From the NCBI GenBank assembly GCA_964570505.1, contig CAZMYL010000002.1, positions 53,414-117,413 on the forward strand: a DNA stretch of 64,000 nucleotides. The letters run 5' to 3'. Every line of letters begins with the position of its first letter. The stretch's first letter is position 1. Shown here piece by piece: positions 18,812 to 27,676 of the stretch. The notes under the pieces are model-generated. The model saw only the letters and a program-made list of their open reading frames with translations. It was not told the origin of the DNA and made no database searches. A program made the position numbers and the translations under genes. The stretch is from an uncultured Pseudomonadota bacterium (lineage in GTDB: Bacteria > Babelota > Babeliae > Babelales > CAIQNR01).

Positions 18812-19813
18812 TTACATGATGCATTTCTTTCCATAAATTATAAATATTGAAAAAAGCAACAAAACACAAAGCATGCTGGTTGTTGCAAAGAAAGATATTT
18901 TATATAAAAAAAACATTTGCGCAACAAGCGACAAGTAGGTAGCTATAAAAGCAAAAAATAAAAGGATCTTTTTTTCATTCCATTTTTTATCACGTAAATA
19001 ACATATGCTATGATCGGGGCTTCCTAAATAAAATGGTTTGTTTTTATAAGATCTTATAATGATTAACAAGAAAGTTTCCATTAGTGGAATTGCTAAAATA
19101 ATAACCCCTGTAATAAAAATATGATCATTAAATCTATCTAATCTCCCTAGATTAAATGGTAATAAGCTTAAAACACCCCCCATCATTAAAGATCCTGCAT
19201 CTCCAAGATAAATTTTTGCCTGTGGTTTGTTATACCAAAGAAAGCCTAAAATACCTCCAATAAGAAGGCTGCTCCAAATCATTATTTCATAATTATTTAA
19301 ATAATATGCTAATAAAAAAAATGAAATAGATGCAAAAAGACTAATAATCCCAGCAAGTCCATCCATTATATCAACAAGATTTAAAGCATTCATGCTAGTT
19401 AAAAACCAAAGAACAGTTATCAAAAAAGCAATTCCTCTAGGCAGGTATGATGCTTTTAAAAAATTCCCTGCTGACAAAAAAACTATAGTTGCTAGCATTT
19501 GTCCAAAAAGTTTTTGCAATGGCCGCATAACATAAATATCATCAATAAGCCCAACAATAACTAAAAGCGATATCCCAAAAAAATTAATTAAAAAATGTGT
19601 AGTTTTAAAAAGATTTGCATAATATGCAACTATTAAAAAAGAAAAAAAAATGGAAACACCTCCAAAATAAGGTGTTATTTTTTTATGAATTTTTATTTTG
19701 CCATCAGGAATATCAATAATTCCCAAAAAAAAAGCAATCTTAGAAAAAAAGGGAATAACTACTAATGTAATTATAAAAGAAGAAAAACCATATAAAAATA
19801 TTTGATACATCAT
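18812..19813 (-). CDS. polyprenyl-phosphate sugar-1-phosphate transferase, WecA/MraY (GT4) family
   Basis: The ORF is 333 aa with about 10 TM helices. The motifs are GIIDIPDGKIKIHKKITPYFGG, GLIDDI, NLVDIMDGLAG and YLGDAGSLMMGG. The N-terminal pattern looks closer to WecA than to MraY. Confidence 0.8.
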   Translation of the reverse strand: MMYQIFLYGFSSFIITLVVIPFFSKIAFFLGIIDIPDGKIKIHKKITPYFGGVSIFFSFLIVAYYANLFKTTHFLINFFGISLLVIVGLIDDIYVMRPLQKLFGQMLATIVFLSAGNFLKASYLPRGIAFLITVLWFLTSMNALNLVDIMDGLAGIISLFASISFFLLAYYLNNYEIMIWSSLLIGGILGFLWYNKPQAKIYLGDAGSLMMGGVLSLLPFNLGRLDRFNDHIFITGVIILAIPLMETFLLIIIRSYKNKPFYLGSPDHSICYLRDKKWNEKKILLFFAFIATYLSLVAQMFFLYKISFFATTSMLCVLLLFSIFIIYGKKCIM

Positions 19814-19837
19814 AACTACTCTAATCTTTTTCTATAA

Positions 19838-19870
19838 TAATAAAGCCAAGAAATTCTTGGCTTTATTATT
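19838..19870 (-). terminator. hairpin after infB (candidate terminator)
   Basis: The inverted repeat aataaagccaagaa / ttcttggctttatt sits between the infB stop (19887) and the next minus-strand gene start (19813). The U-tract is weak. Confidence 0.35.
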
Positions 19871-19886
19871 ATTATATTTATTCAAG

Positions 19887-21977
19887 CTATACTTTTAAAT
19901 AGCATTCAACAATGTCATCAACTTGCCAATCGACAAATCCATCTACTATGAAAGCACATTCAAATCCAGTATGCACTTCTTTTACAGTTTTTTTATCTCT
20001 TTGAAGGCTTTTTACTTTTCCTTCGCCTACTTGCTTTTTGCCTCGCTTGATAATGACATTTCCATTTTCAGAAAATCTGCCTTCTCGAATATAGCATCCA
20101 GCAATAACACCAAGTTTTTTAATATCAAAAACTTTAAGAACAGTGGCTTCTCCAATTTTAACTTCTTTCTTTTCAATAACTTTTGCTTTTTGAGATCGAA
20201 TCTCTAAATCTTCAAATAATTTATAAATAATATCAAAAGCTAGAATTGTTACTTTGCTATTTCTTGCAAATTGATGAGCTGCTGTTTCAATTTTTGTATG
20301 AAATCCGACAACTAATGCATTAGAAGTTTCTGCTAAAATAACGTCATTTTCTGTAACGTTACCAACTGCTGCATGAACCACAAAATAACTAATGTCGGCA
20401 TTCTTTGAAATTTTTTCAATTCCATCAAGAACAGCTTCTAATGAAGAATTTGTATCTGCCTTTATAATAAGAGGCAATGTTTCTTTATCTAAATTAGACG
20501 ATACTCGTAAATTAGTTGCTCTATTTTTCACTCCACGCTCTTTACGATATTCTTCTTCTGAAATAACTCTCAAAAGTTCACCTGTTGAAGGAAATTCTTC
20601 AAATCCAGAAATTATAACAGGAACTGAAGCCCCAATTTGCTTTTGCTGAGTTCCATAACAATCAACAATTGAAGAAACCTTACCCCAAACTTTTCCTGCA
20701 TTAAAAAAGTCGCCTACTTTAAGGACCCCCTGGCGAAATAAAACTGTTGCAACAGGGCCTCTTCCTCGTTCGATTTTTGATTCTAAAATATAACCTTGCG
20801 CAGGAACAGTTGTAATTGTTTTAAGTTCTAACATTTCAGCTTGCAAAAGAATCATCTCAAGCAAACCATCAACACCTTGTCCTGTTTTTGCAGAAATAGG
20901 ACAACAAACTACCTGCCCTCCCCACTCTTCAGTAATAACACCATATTGAGATAATTGTCTTTTGATAATTTCAACACGAGAAATATCTGCTTTATCAATT
21001 TTATTAATTGCAACAACTATTGGTAGCTGCATTGCCTGAATAGCTTTAATTGACTCAACAGTTTGAGGCATAACACCATCATCTGCGGCAACAACTAACA
21101 CAGCAACATCGGCAACAGAAGCTCCTCTTTGTCTAATTTTAGAAAAAGCCTCATGACCTGGAGTATCGAGAAAAACAAGATTCCCTTGAGGCGTATGAGC
21201 TTCATAAGCACCAAGATGTTGTGTAATGCCACCTTTTTCTTTTGCGGCAACACGTGTTTTTCTAATATAATCAAGCAAACTAGTCTTGCCATGATCAACA
21301 TGACCCATAATAACAACTACAGGCAGCCTAGAAACACCGTTACCCAAAGAAGAATTTGTATTTAATTCATGAAAAGAGTCAGATGTTGTTTTTTTAAAAA
21401 CAGGTTTTACAAGCTCTATTTCATATATTTTTGCAAGCTTTTCTACTTGCTCAACTGTAAGTAAATGATTTTTTGTACAAACCTGCCCATCTTTCAGAAG
21501 GGTTATGATTACATCACTAACAGGCCTATTGATTCGCTGACAAAAATCAGCAATAATAATTGGCTCTAAAGTTAAAGGTTTTAATTCAAAAACCTCTTCT
21601 TGTTTAACATTTTTTTTAATGTCTGTTTTTTTGTATTGAAATTTTTTTGAATTATCAAAATCAACATATTTTTTAGTTTGAATCATAGGATTTGTTGATT
21701 TTTTTTGAGAATTAGAAACAGTTTTTTTCACGCTTTTTTCTTTTTGTAGGGTTAGGTTAGTTTGTGAAGCACTTATATTATTTGATCTTACTTCAATGCG
21801 AGTGTCTTCTTTTTTTTGCCTGCTATCTTCAGAAGAAAAGTGTTTTTGCAATACATTAACCATTTCTTCAGAGATAACCGATACATGACTTTTCAGATCA
21901 AGACCTTCTTTTTTTAAAAAATCTAAAACCTGTTTACTCGTCACGTTATATTTTTTTGCAAATTCATGTACTCGCAT
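19887..21977 (-). CDS. infB: translation initiation factor IF-2
   Basis: The ORF is 696 aa. The GTPase motifs are GHVDHGKTSLLD, DTPGHEAF and NKID. It lies immediately downstream of nusA. Confidence 0.97.
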   Translation of the reverse strand: MRVHEFAKKYNVTSKQVLDFLKKEGLDLKSHVSVISEEMVNVLQKHFSSEDSRQKKEDTRIEVRSNNISASQTNLTLQKEKSVKKTVSNSQKKSTNPMIQTKKYVDFDNSKKFQYKKTDIKKNVKQEEVFELKPLTLEPIIIADFCQRINRPVSDVIITLLKDGQVCTKNHLLTVEQVEKLAKIYEIELVKPVFKKTTSDSFHELNTNSSLGNGVSRLPVVVIMGHVDHGKTSLLDYIRKTRVAAKEKGGITQHLGAYEAHTPQGNLVFLDTPGHEAFSKIRQRGASVADVAVLVVAADDGVMPQTVESIKAIQAMQLPIVVAINKIDKADISRVEIIKRQLSQYGVITEEWGGQVVCCPISAKTGQGVDGLLEMILLQAEMLELKTITTVPAQGYILESKIERGRGPVATVLFRQGVLKVGDFFNAGKVWGKVSSIVDCYGTQQKQIGASVPVIISGFEEFPSTGELLRVISEEEYRKERGVKNRATNLRVSSNLDKETLPLIIKADTNSSLEAVLDGIEKISKNADISYFVVHAAVGNVTENDVILAETSNALVVGFHTKIETAAHQFARNSKVTILAFDIIYKLFEDLEIRSQKAKVIEKKEVKIGEATVLKVFDIKKLGVIAGCYIREGRFSENGNVIIKRGKKQVGEGKVKSLQRDKKTVKEVHTGFECAFIVDGFVDWQVDDIVECYLKV

Positions 21978-22007
21978 TTGACCTACTTCATTTTTTATAC
22001 TTTTTTA

Positions 22008-23060
22008 TTAAAATTCTTCACTTAATTTTTCATCAAGATTTCCATAATCACTTTGCATTAGTTCTATATGAACACCTGACAATTCTGATGCTAAAGTTAT
22101 ATTTTGACCCATTTTACCTATAGCAAGAGACCTTTGGTCGTCATCTAACATAATCTTAGCCGCTAAATTATCATCAGACAACTCAACTCTATTAATCTCT
22201 GCAGGTTTTAAGGAGTTCTTTATTAATAACTCTAAATTATCTGTCCATGCAATAATATCGACTTTTTCATTGCCTAGTTCTTTTAAAATAGGCTTAATTC
22301 TAACGCCACCAACACCAACACAAGTTCCTACAGGGTCAATATTTGTATCATGAGAAATAACAGCTATTTTTGTTTTATAGCCAGGTATTCGAACAATTTT
22401 TTTAATCTCTACCAATCTTTCAAAAACTTCAGGAATCTCTAAGCCAAATAATTTTTCAACAAAAATAGCCGAAGATCTATCAAGAATAAGCTGATTTTCG
22501 TTTTTAGGTTGCTCTAAAACCTCTTTAATTAAAACTCTAATTGGGTGGCCCAAAGGCAATCTTTCACCTGGAACACTTAAAGATTTTGGTAAAAACGCAA
22601 GATGATCTTGAATCTTAATTGTAGCACCACCGCGTTCTATCTTATGTACAACCCCTTGCACAATAGTATTTTCTTTATCTTTAAATGACTTGTAAACAGC
22701 AAGAGCTTCAATTTGTCTAATTTTTTGGGCAATAATTTGCTTTGCTTTTAAAATTTCAATTCGTCCAATTGGTAAAGTAAAAGGAACCCAAAGCTTATCT
22801 CCAGCAGCAATTGTATCGTTTATTGCCTTTGCTTTTCTTAGAGAAATTTCAAATTCATCATCTTCAACTACAGAAACAACGTCTTTTTCTACTTCAATGG
22901 AAAGAGTATCTTTTTTCTTGTCAAATGAAACACGTAAAAAAAGATTTGGATAGCGTTTTTCGTATGCAGCTAACATTCCCTCGCATACAATATCGCTTAA
23001 AATATCTTCTTCTAGGCCTCTTTCTTCTACAAGCGCTTCTATAACTTCTGAGAGTTTCAC
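22008..23060 (-). CDS. nusA: transcription termination/antitermination factor NusA
   Basis: The ORF is 350 aa with an N-terminal domain, an S1 domain and two KH domains (GVCVGVGGVRIKPI; IGKMGQNITLASELSG). The nusA-infB gene order is conserved. Confidence 0.95.
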   Translation of the reverse strand: MKLSEVIEALVEERGLEEDILSDIVCEGMLAAYEKRYPNLFLRVSFDKKKDTLSIEVEKDVVSVVEDDEFEISLRKAKAINDTIAAGDKLWVPFTLPIGRIEILKAKQIIAQKIRQIEALAVYKSFKDKENTIVQGVVHKIERGGATIKIQDHLAFLPKSLSVPGERLPLGHPIRVLIKEVLEQPKNENQLILDRSSAIFVEKLFGLEIPEVFERLVEIKKIVRIPGYKTKIAVISHDTNIDPVGTCVGVGGVRIKPILKELGNEKVDIIAWTDNLELLIKNSLKPAEINRVELSDDNLAAKIMLDDDQRSLAIGKMGQNITLASELSGVHIELMQSDYGNLDEKLSEEF

Positions 23061-23102
23061 TTAAAATTCCTATACATTTGAGGGGTTAGTTTACAATTTT
23101 TG

Positions 23103-23168
23103 AAGACTTTTTCTGATAAAAATAATATCAGATTCAAAAAAAATAAAAAGTCTTGTTTTTTCTTTTTC
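23103..23168 (+). terminator. long hairpin plus T-tract (terminator-like on the plus strand only)
   Basis: The outer stem pairs aagacttttt (23103-23112) with aaaaagtctt (23145-23154). An inner stem pairs ctgata with tatcag. The hairpin is followed by gttttttctttttc. It lies in the nusA upstream region, and no plus-strand gene lies upstream of it. Confidence 0.3.
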
Positions 23169-23208
23169 AACTTTTACATCTCATTTTTGGTCGTTTTATT
23201 ATCTCTCT

Positions 23209-23239
23209 AAATATATATTTATATATAATAATAATATAT
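23209..23239. other. 31-bp A/T-only tract (candidate DNA unwinding element)
   Basis: The tract aaatatatatttatatataataataatatat contains no G or C and abuts the first DnaA box at 23253. Confidence 0.3.
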
Positions 23240-23319
23240 CTTCCGGCTAGACTGTGGATAACTTTTATTAAAAAGCCTTAAAACATGCTTATATAAATGG
23301 TTTTTTTAATTTTTTAACA

Positions 23320-23350
23320 TGTGGATAAGTGGTGGATAAGTGGTGGATAA
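23320..23350 (-). repeat. tandem 11-bp DnaA-box array (3 units)
   Basis: tgtggataagt ggtggataagt ggtggataa. The unit starts are exactly 11 bp apart. Confidence 0.9.
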
Positions 23351-23472
23351 CTTTTACCATAAATGTGGATAACCTTTAAAACATGCCTCTACAGAGCTTT
23401 TTGATGATTTTTATATTTAAAATATCGATCAGCTGAGCGTTTTGAAGCTTTTTTGCTAGATTAAAATTAAAG

Positions 23473-23514
23473 CTATCCACCACTTATCCACCACTTATCC
23501 ACCACTTATCCACA
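23473..23514 (+). repeat. tandem 11-bp DnaA-box array (4 units), inverted relative to 23320-23350
   Basis: ctatccaccac ttatccaccac ttatccaccac ttatccaca. This is the reverse complement of the left array. Confidence 0.9.
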
Positions 23515-23565
23515 ATTTCTATTATAAGAATATTATATTTTTAATAAGCTTTTTATTTTTTGATA

Positions 23566-24153
23566 TTAATTTCTATTTTGATTTTTTGAGAGATCAAATG
23601 CTTTTTTTATGTCATCTAACAATAGGGAGTATTTTTTAAAGTTTCTTAGTATGTATGCTGGATGGTATGCAACAATCACAATTGCATTATGATAACTTAA
23701 TGTTGTTTTTTTAAGCTCTTCAAGTCTTGTTTTTTTAGGTGTAAAAAATTGAGAAGCTGTGCTTCCTAGGGTACAAATTACTTTAGGATTTATAATTTCA
23801 ATTTCTTTAACAAGCAAATGCTTTGTGCATATTAAGCTTTCAGAGGGTGTTGGTGTTTTATTATCTGGAGGTCTACATTTTACAATGTTAGTTATATAAA
23901 AATCATTTTCAGCGATATTTAGTTCTTGAAATATTTTATTAAGAAGTTTTCCAGATCTTCCTACAAAAGGCTCTCCCTTAATGTCTTCTTCCTTTCCAGG
24001 GCCTTCCCCTATAAACATAAGCGAAGCGGTTGGATTTCCTCTGCCAGGAACAATTTGAGTTCTTTCTTTTGAAAGAGGGCATAGTATACAGTTTTTATAA
24101 GATGCATAGAGTTCTTCAAGAAGCTTTTGTTTTATATGTTGTTGTAAAAGCAT
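23566..24153 (-). CDS. uracil-DNA glycosylase, family 4
   Basis: The ORF is 195 aa. It has the motif GEGPGKEEDIKGEPFVGRSGKLL, Cys residues (CILCP ... VKCRPP) consistent with the family-4 Fe-S type, and HPAYILR near the C-terminus. Confidence 0.85.
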   Translation of the reverse strand: MLLQQHIKQKLLEELYASYKNCILCPLSKERTQIVPGRGNPTASLMFIGEGPGKEEDIKGEPFVGRSGKLLNKIFQELNIAENDFYITNIVKCRPPDNKTPTPSESLICTKHLLVKEIEIINPKVICTLGSTASQFFTPKKTRLEELKKTTLSYHNAIVIVAYHPAYILRNFKKYSLLLDDIKKAFDLSKNQNRN

Positions 24154-24215
24154 TATGTTCTCAGTGTTTTTATTTAGATTAATAATTAAATAATGCTTTT
24201 ACAATTTTAATTTTC

Positions 24216-25652
24216 TTAAATAATTGCTCTAATAAGTTTTGTCCAGGAATAATTTTGAGCAAATGGTGTTTTTAGGTACGAGCTATGAATTCCTCTTATT
24301 GGAAAATAAATAGAAAGGCCATATGCTTTTGGTAAATTTTTTCCTGATTCATTTGCAAATATAACAGTTTTTACTAAATTTCGTGTCTGAATAAATGATT
24401 CTTTTAGCTCTGTTTTTATAAAAGCTTTTTCTTGATCAATATTCATATGTTCTATTGACTCAATCATATTATTTAAAAAATCGCACAAATCTATGTATGT
24501 AGGTTCTGAAAAACAAGTGCACATTCTTCTATTTTTACTAATTTGAATGAGTCTATGCACAGAATTGTTGCGTTGATATTGCAAGGCTTCTAAAAGCAAC
24601 GAAATTGTCTTTTCTAGTGATATTTCAACTTTATACAATTCTGTTAAATCAATAGCTGATAAAGTATAATCATTGCTTATATTTTTATAATGATTGCTGT
24701 ATTCTGCAACAATATGTTGCGCAAATTCATAAGGCTTGAGTGCTTTTGTTAAAAAAGGCTCAAAGATTTTATGATATGGGTATCCAGCTCCTAGCTCTAA
24801 TTCTTGAGATCCAACCATTATATTTGCAAACGGAGAAAGAAGATTGCCAACTTCTATCATTCCCATTAAGCATGCGTCAAATGCAATAATATCAAATTTT
24901 ATACCATTAGTTTGTTGCTTAACTGTTGCTAAAGCATCAATTAATTTTTGATTTGTTAAATATGTTCCAAATGTATCAGAGAAGCATATTCCACGATCTC
25001 TTTTTTCTTCTTCTCGTTGTTTTGCATATTCAAGAAAATCTATTTGTCTATTGATTTCGAGCATATTTGTGTCTGGATTAAAATTAAAAACCTCAGATGC
25101 ATTTGATGTTTTACCGCCAATACTATCTAGTATTCCTATTCCATGGTTCCATAAAATAAGAACATAATGGTCTGCAGGATACTTTTTAATGGCCCATATG
25201 CAACTGTCAGCTAGTGTTTCTGCGCTTCCAAAGTCTAATTTTTTTTCAGATAAAGGATCTTTTTTGTTAACTTGAATAAGATTATTTTTTTCTACATAAA
25301 AACGTTTAGTTTTTTGATATGGCCCTTGTCCATCCATTTGAACTAAAATATTGATAAAGTCTGATGATCCAATTTTTTTCATATCTTCTAAATTTTTTTT
25401 AGCAAAATAATCAAGATCATTATCATTAGCCATATATGTTAAGCAAGTCATACTTTTTTTAGGTTGTATTTTTTCAAAATTATTATTGGGATTAGCAGTA
25501 TGATTTATATGTGATGAATGATTTATTTTTTTGCGTTGAATGGTATTTAATTCATTGTTTTCATCATGCAAAAAAGAATCATTTTGAATATCTTTTGTAG
25601 AGCTAAAAATGGAAGTGCTTATGAAAACATATATAAGTAATTTTTTTTTCAT
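24216..25652 (-). CDS. secreted clostripain-like cysteine peptidase (C11 family)
   Basis: The ORF is 478 aa with a signal peptide. It has a His-Gly and Asp-Ala-Cys catalytic dyad context (ILWNHGIGILD; IIAFDACLMGMIEV) and the N-terminal block YMANDNDLD. Confidence 0.7.
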   Translation of the reverse strand: MKKKLLIYVFISTSIFSSTKDIQNDSFLHDENNELNTIQRKKINHSSHINHTANPNNNFEKIQPKKSMTCLTYMANDNDLDYFAKKNLEDMKKIGSSDFINILVQMDGQGPYQKTKRFYVEKNNLIQVNKKDPLSEKKLDFGSAETLADSCIWAIKKYPADHYVLILWNHGIGILDSIGGKTSNASEVFNFNPDTNMLEINRQIDFLEYAKQREEEKRDRGICFSDTFGTYLTNQKLIDALATVKQQTNGIKFDIIAFDACLMGMIEVGNLLSPFANIMVGSQELELGAGYPYHKIFEPFLTKALKPYEFAQHIVAEYSNHYKNISNDYTLSAIDLTELYKVEISLEKTISLLLEALQYQRNNSVHRLIQISKNRRMCTCFSEPTYIDLCDFLNNMIESIEHMNIDQEKAFIKTELKESFIQTRNLVKTVIFANESGKNLPKAYGLSIYFPIRGIHSSYLKTPFAQNYSWTKLIRAII

Positions 25653-25690
25653 GACATGTCCTTTTTAATATTAATAAGTTCAAAACAATA

Positions 25691-26806
25691 TCAATTATTA
25701 ATGTTTGGATGCAATGTTTTTTCTAAAAGACTGTTCTGGCGTTTGATTTCGTTAATCCATAAAAGAAGAAAAGACAGTAAAAAACTAAGTTGAAAGTCTA
25801 AGCCAAACAGATATAAGGGATTGTAAAATAATAAAAATAAACATGTGATTAGCAAGATATGCAAAGCTCTTATTTTATGTCCAGAAAAAAGCGCACATTT
25901 ATAAAAGATATACATTATTATTGCACGCAAAAAAGAAACACTTGTCCAAGAGAATAGTGTGTAAATAAGTGTAATAAAAAAAATGAATATGTGTTTGTAT
26001 AAAAATGGCAATGGTAAGAAATTTAACATAAAATGCCAAATCCAGATAAAAATGATTAAATGGAGGCCAGATCGAGCAAGATGGTGTGAAATTCCCCACA
26101 ATTTAAAATTATTTTTATAGAGATCAAGTTTTTTTGCAACAGAATTTTTATTACCCATAAAGACTGAAGAAAATAAAGAAAATGTTGCAGCATCCATTTT
26201 CTTACGCAATTTAATTTGTAGCAATTCTCTTTGCCAAAATATCCAATTGCGCCATGATTTTTTAGGATGATTTAATATTTTAAAATCTAATTTTGAGCAA
26301 AAAATAGATGCAGCTACACCTTCTTTGCCAAGATATAATAGTTGTTCATTTGTTGGTTTTTTAATATCAATAGGACCACAAATTATTTCATCATCAACCC
26401 AGCATTTGTTTTTTTCTTTTGTATAAATATAAACAGAAAAATTTGCTTTATGTTTTATGTTTTTATAATAAAAATTTTTTATAAAAAATAATGTTTTATA
26501 AGGTGAAGTATTGTTGCTTGAAAATGTTTTATCAAGAACTGTGCCTTGTAGATAAATATTCTTTAATTCTTTAAAAGGAAGAGGTGATTGTATTGACTGT
26601 TGATATCGTATAATTGCAATTGAAAAAATAAAAAAAATTAAAAAAATAAGCTTATACTTTTTATGATAAATATAATATATGGATATTAAAAACATCAGTA
26701 TTAAAAGCTTATATTCTATGAATTTAGAAAATAATATGCCTGTGATACAACTTATTGTTAATATAAAGGACGTGATTATTGCTTGATTTAATCTTACTAA
26801 TTCCAA
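25691..26806 (-). CDS. ComEC/Rec2-like membrane protein (short form)
   Basis: The ORF is 371 aa with a TTG start and is polytopic. The competence-domain motif is WGISHHLARSGLHLIIF. It lacks the C-terminal metallo-beta-lactamase domain of long ComEC proteins. Confidence 0.6.
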   Translation of the reverse strand: MELVRLNQAIITSFILTISCITGILFSKFIEYKLLILMFLISIYYIYHKKYKLIFLIFFIFSIAIIRYQQSIQSPLPFKELKNIYLQGTVLDKTFSSNNTSPYKTLFFIKNFYYKNIKHKANFSVYIYTKEKNKCWVDDEIICGPIDIKKPTNEQLLYLGKEGVAASIFCSKLDFKILNHPKKSWRNWIFWQRELLQIKLRKKMDAATFSLFSSVFMGNKNSVAKKLDLYKNNFKLWGISHHLARSGLHLIIFIWIWHFMLNFLPLPFLYKHIFIFFITLIYTLFSWTSVSFLRAIIMYIFYKCALFSGHKIRALHILLITCLFLLFYNPLYLFGLDFQLSFLLSFLLLWINEIKRQNSLLEKTLHPNINN

Positions 26807-26909
26807 AATAAAATTTCATTTACGATAAAAATTTAAAAAATTATATATAAATATATAATACATTATATATAAATAATTTTAATTATGTATTTAAATAGAA
26901 CGAGTTTTT

Positions 26910-27673
26910 ATGAATTATAGAACAACTTTTTTAGTTATTTTAAACTTTTCTTTTGTTGTCAATTATGCTTTTAACTCTGAAAGACCCTCCTCTTTTAGTA
27001 AAGAGGAAGAAAAAGAAAGTGAAATTTTAAAAAAAATAAATCAAGAAATAGCTTTTTTTCCAAAAGAAATGCTTTTTTAGATCAAAATAAAAAAAAGCAT
27101 GACTTAGTAGATTGTAGACAAGCTACAGCATGTTCTTCTTGTGTAGAGCATGATAAAAAGAAAAAATTTACTTTAAGTGCTTATGATTATTTAATAAATC
27201 TTTCTAAAATTAATGTGAAAGTTACAGTTGTTAATAAGAATTTATATATTAAGCCTATTTTTCCAGATTGCACTGATGCTTGTCGTGATAGTTTAGACCC
27301 TTATCATATTATTAATATTGGTAGAAACGTTTTGTCAAAGCCTCCAAGGGAGTCTAAGATTCATGAAAAATTTAAAAAATTTTTTTTACAAGCCAGAACA
27401 AATAAAGATAGATTTTTAAGCCAGATTTCCTGCAAAGGAGTAAAATCTTTTATTGAGATGAGCTTTGCAATTGACATGAAAGAAGATTTTGAAGTAAAGT
27501 TTCATCCTGTTAAAGGTCAGTATAGAGATCCAATCAGCAATTATTTTGGTTTGCTCTTATATGAATCATATAAAGATTATGTACAAAAAAATTTCACCCC
27601 GTTTCACGCACTTTTAAGTGTTGCAAATTCTGAACGTAAAAGAACTTTTTCAAAAGCTGACTTAGGAGAATAA
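26910..27673 (+). pseudogene. frameshift-split gene for a secreted protein of unknown function
   Basis: An ATG ORF (26910-27080, signal peptide MNYRTTFLVILNFSFVVNYAF) stops at 27078. The -1 frame is open from 27023 through 27673 and includes the listed 27215-27673 ORF. The two frames overlap at a T7 run (27053-27059). Confidence 0.6.
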
Positions 27674-27676
27674 GTT

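Larger units (their letters stand above)
23253..23514. promoter_or_regulatory. DnaA-box cluster (oriC-like, or a datA/DARS-like or regulatory site)
   Basis: There are nine matches to TTATCCACA. Bottom-strand boxes: TGTGGATAA at 23253, 23320 and 23364 (9/9), and GGTGGATAA at 23331 and 23342 (8/9). Top-strand boxes: CTATCCACC at 23473 (7/9), TTATCCACC at 23484 and 23495 (8/9), and TTATCCACA at 23506 (9/9). Confidence 0.75.

Noticed and set aside
23320-23514. I considered whether the short tandem repeats could be a mini-CRISPR array or a generic minisatellite.
   Set aside because: The units are 11 bp with no spacers, and each unit is itself a DnaA-box match. The two blocks are inverted copies, so a DnaA-binding array is the better explanation.
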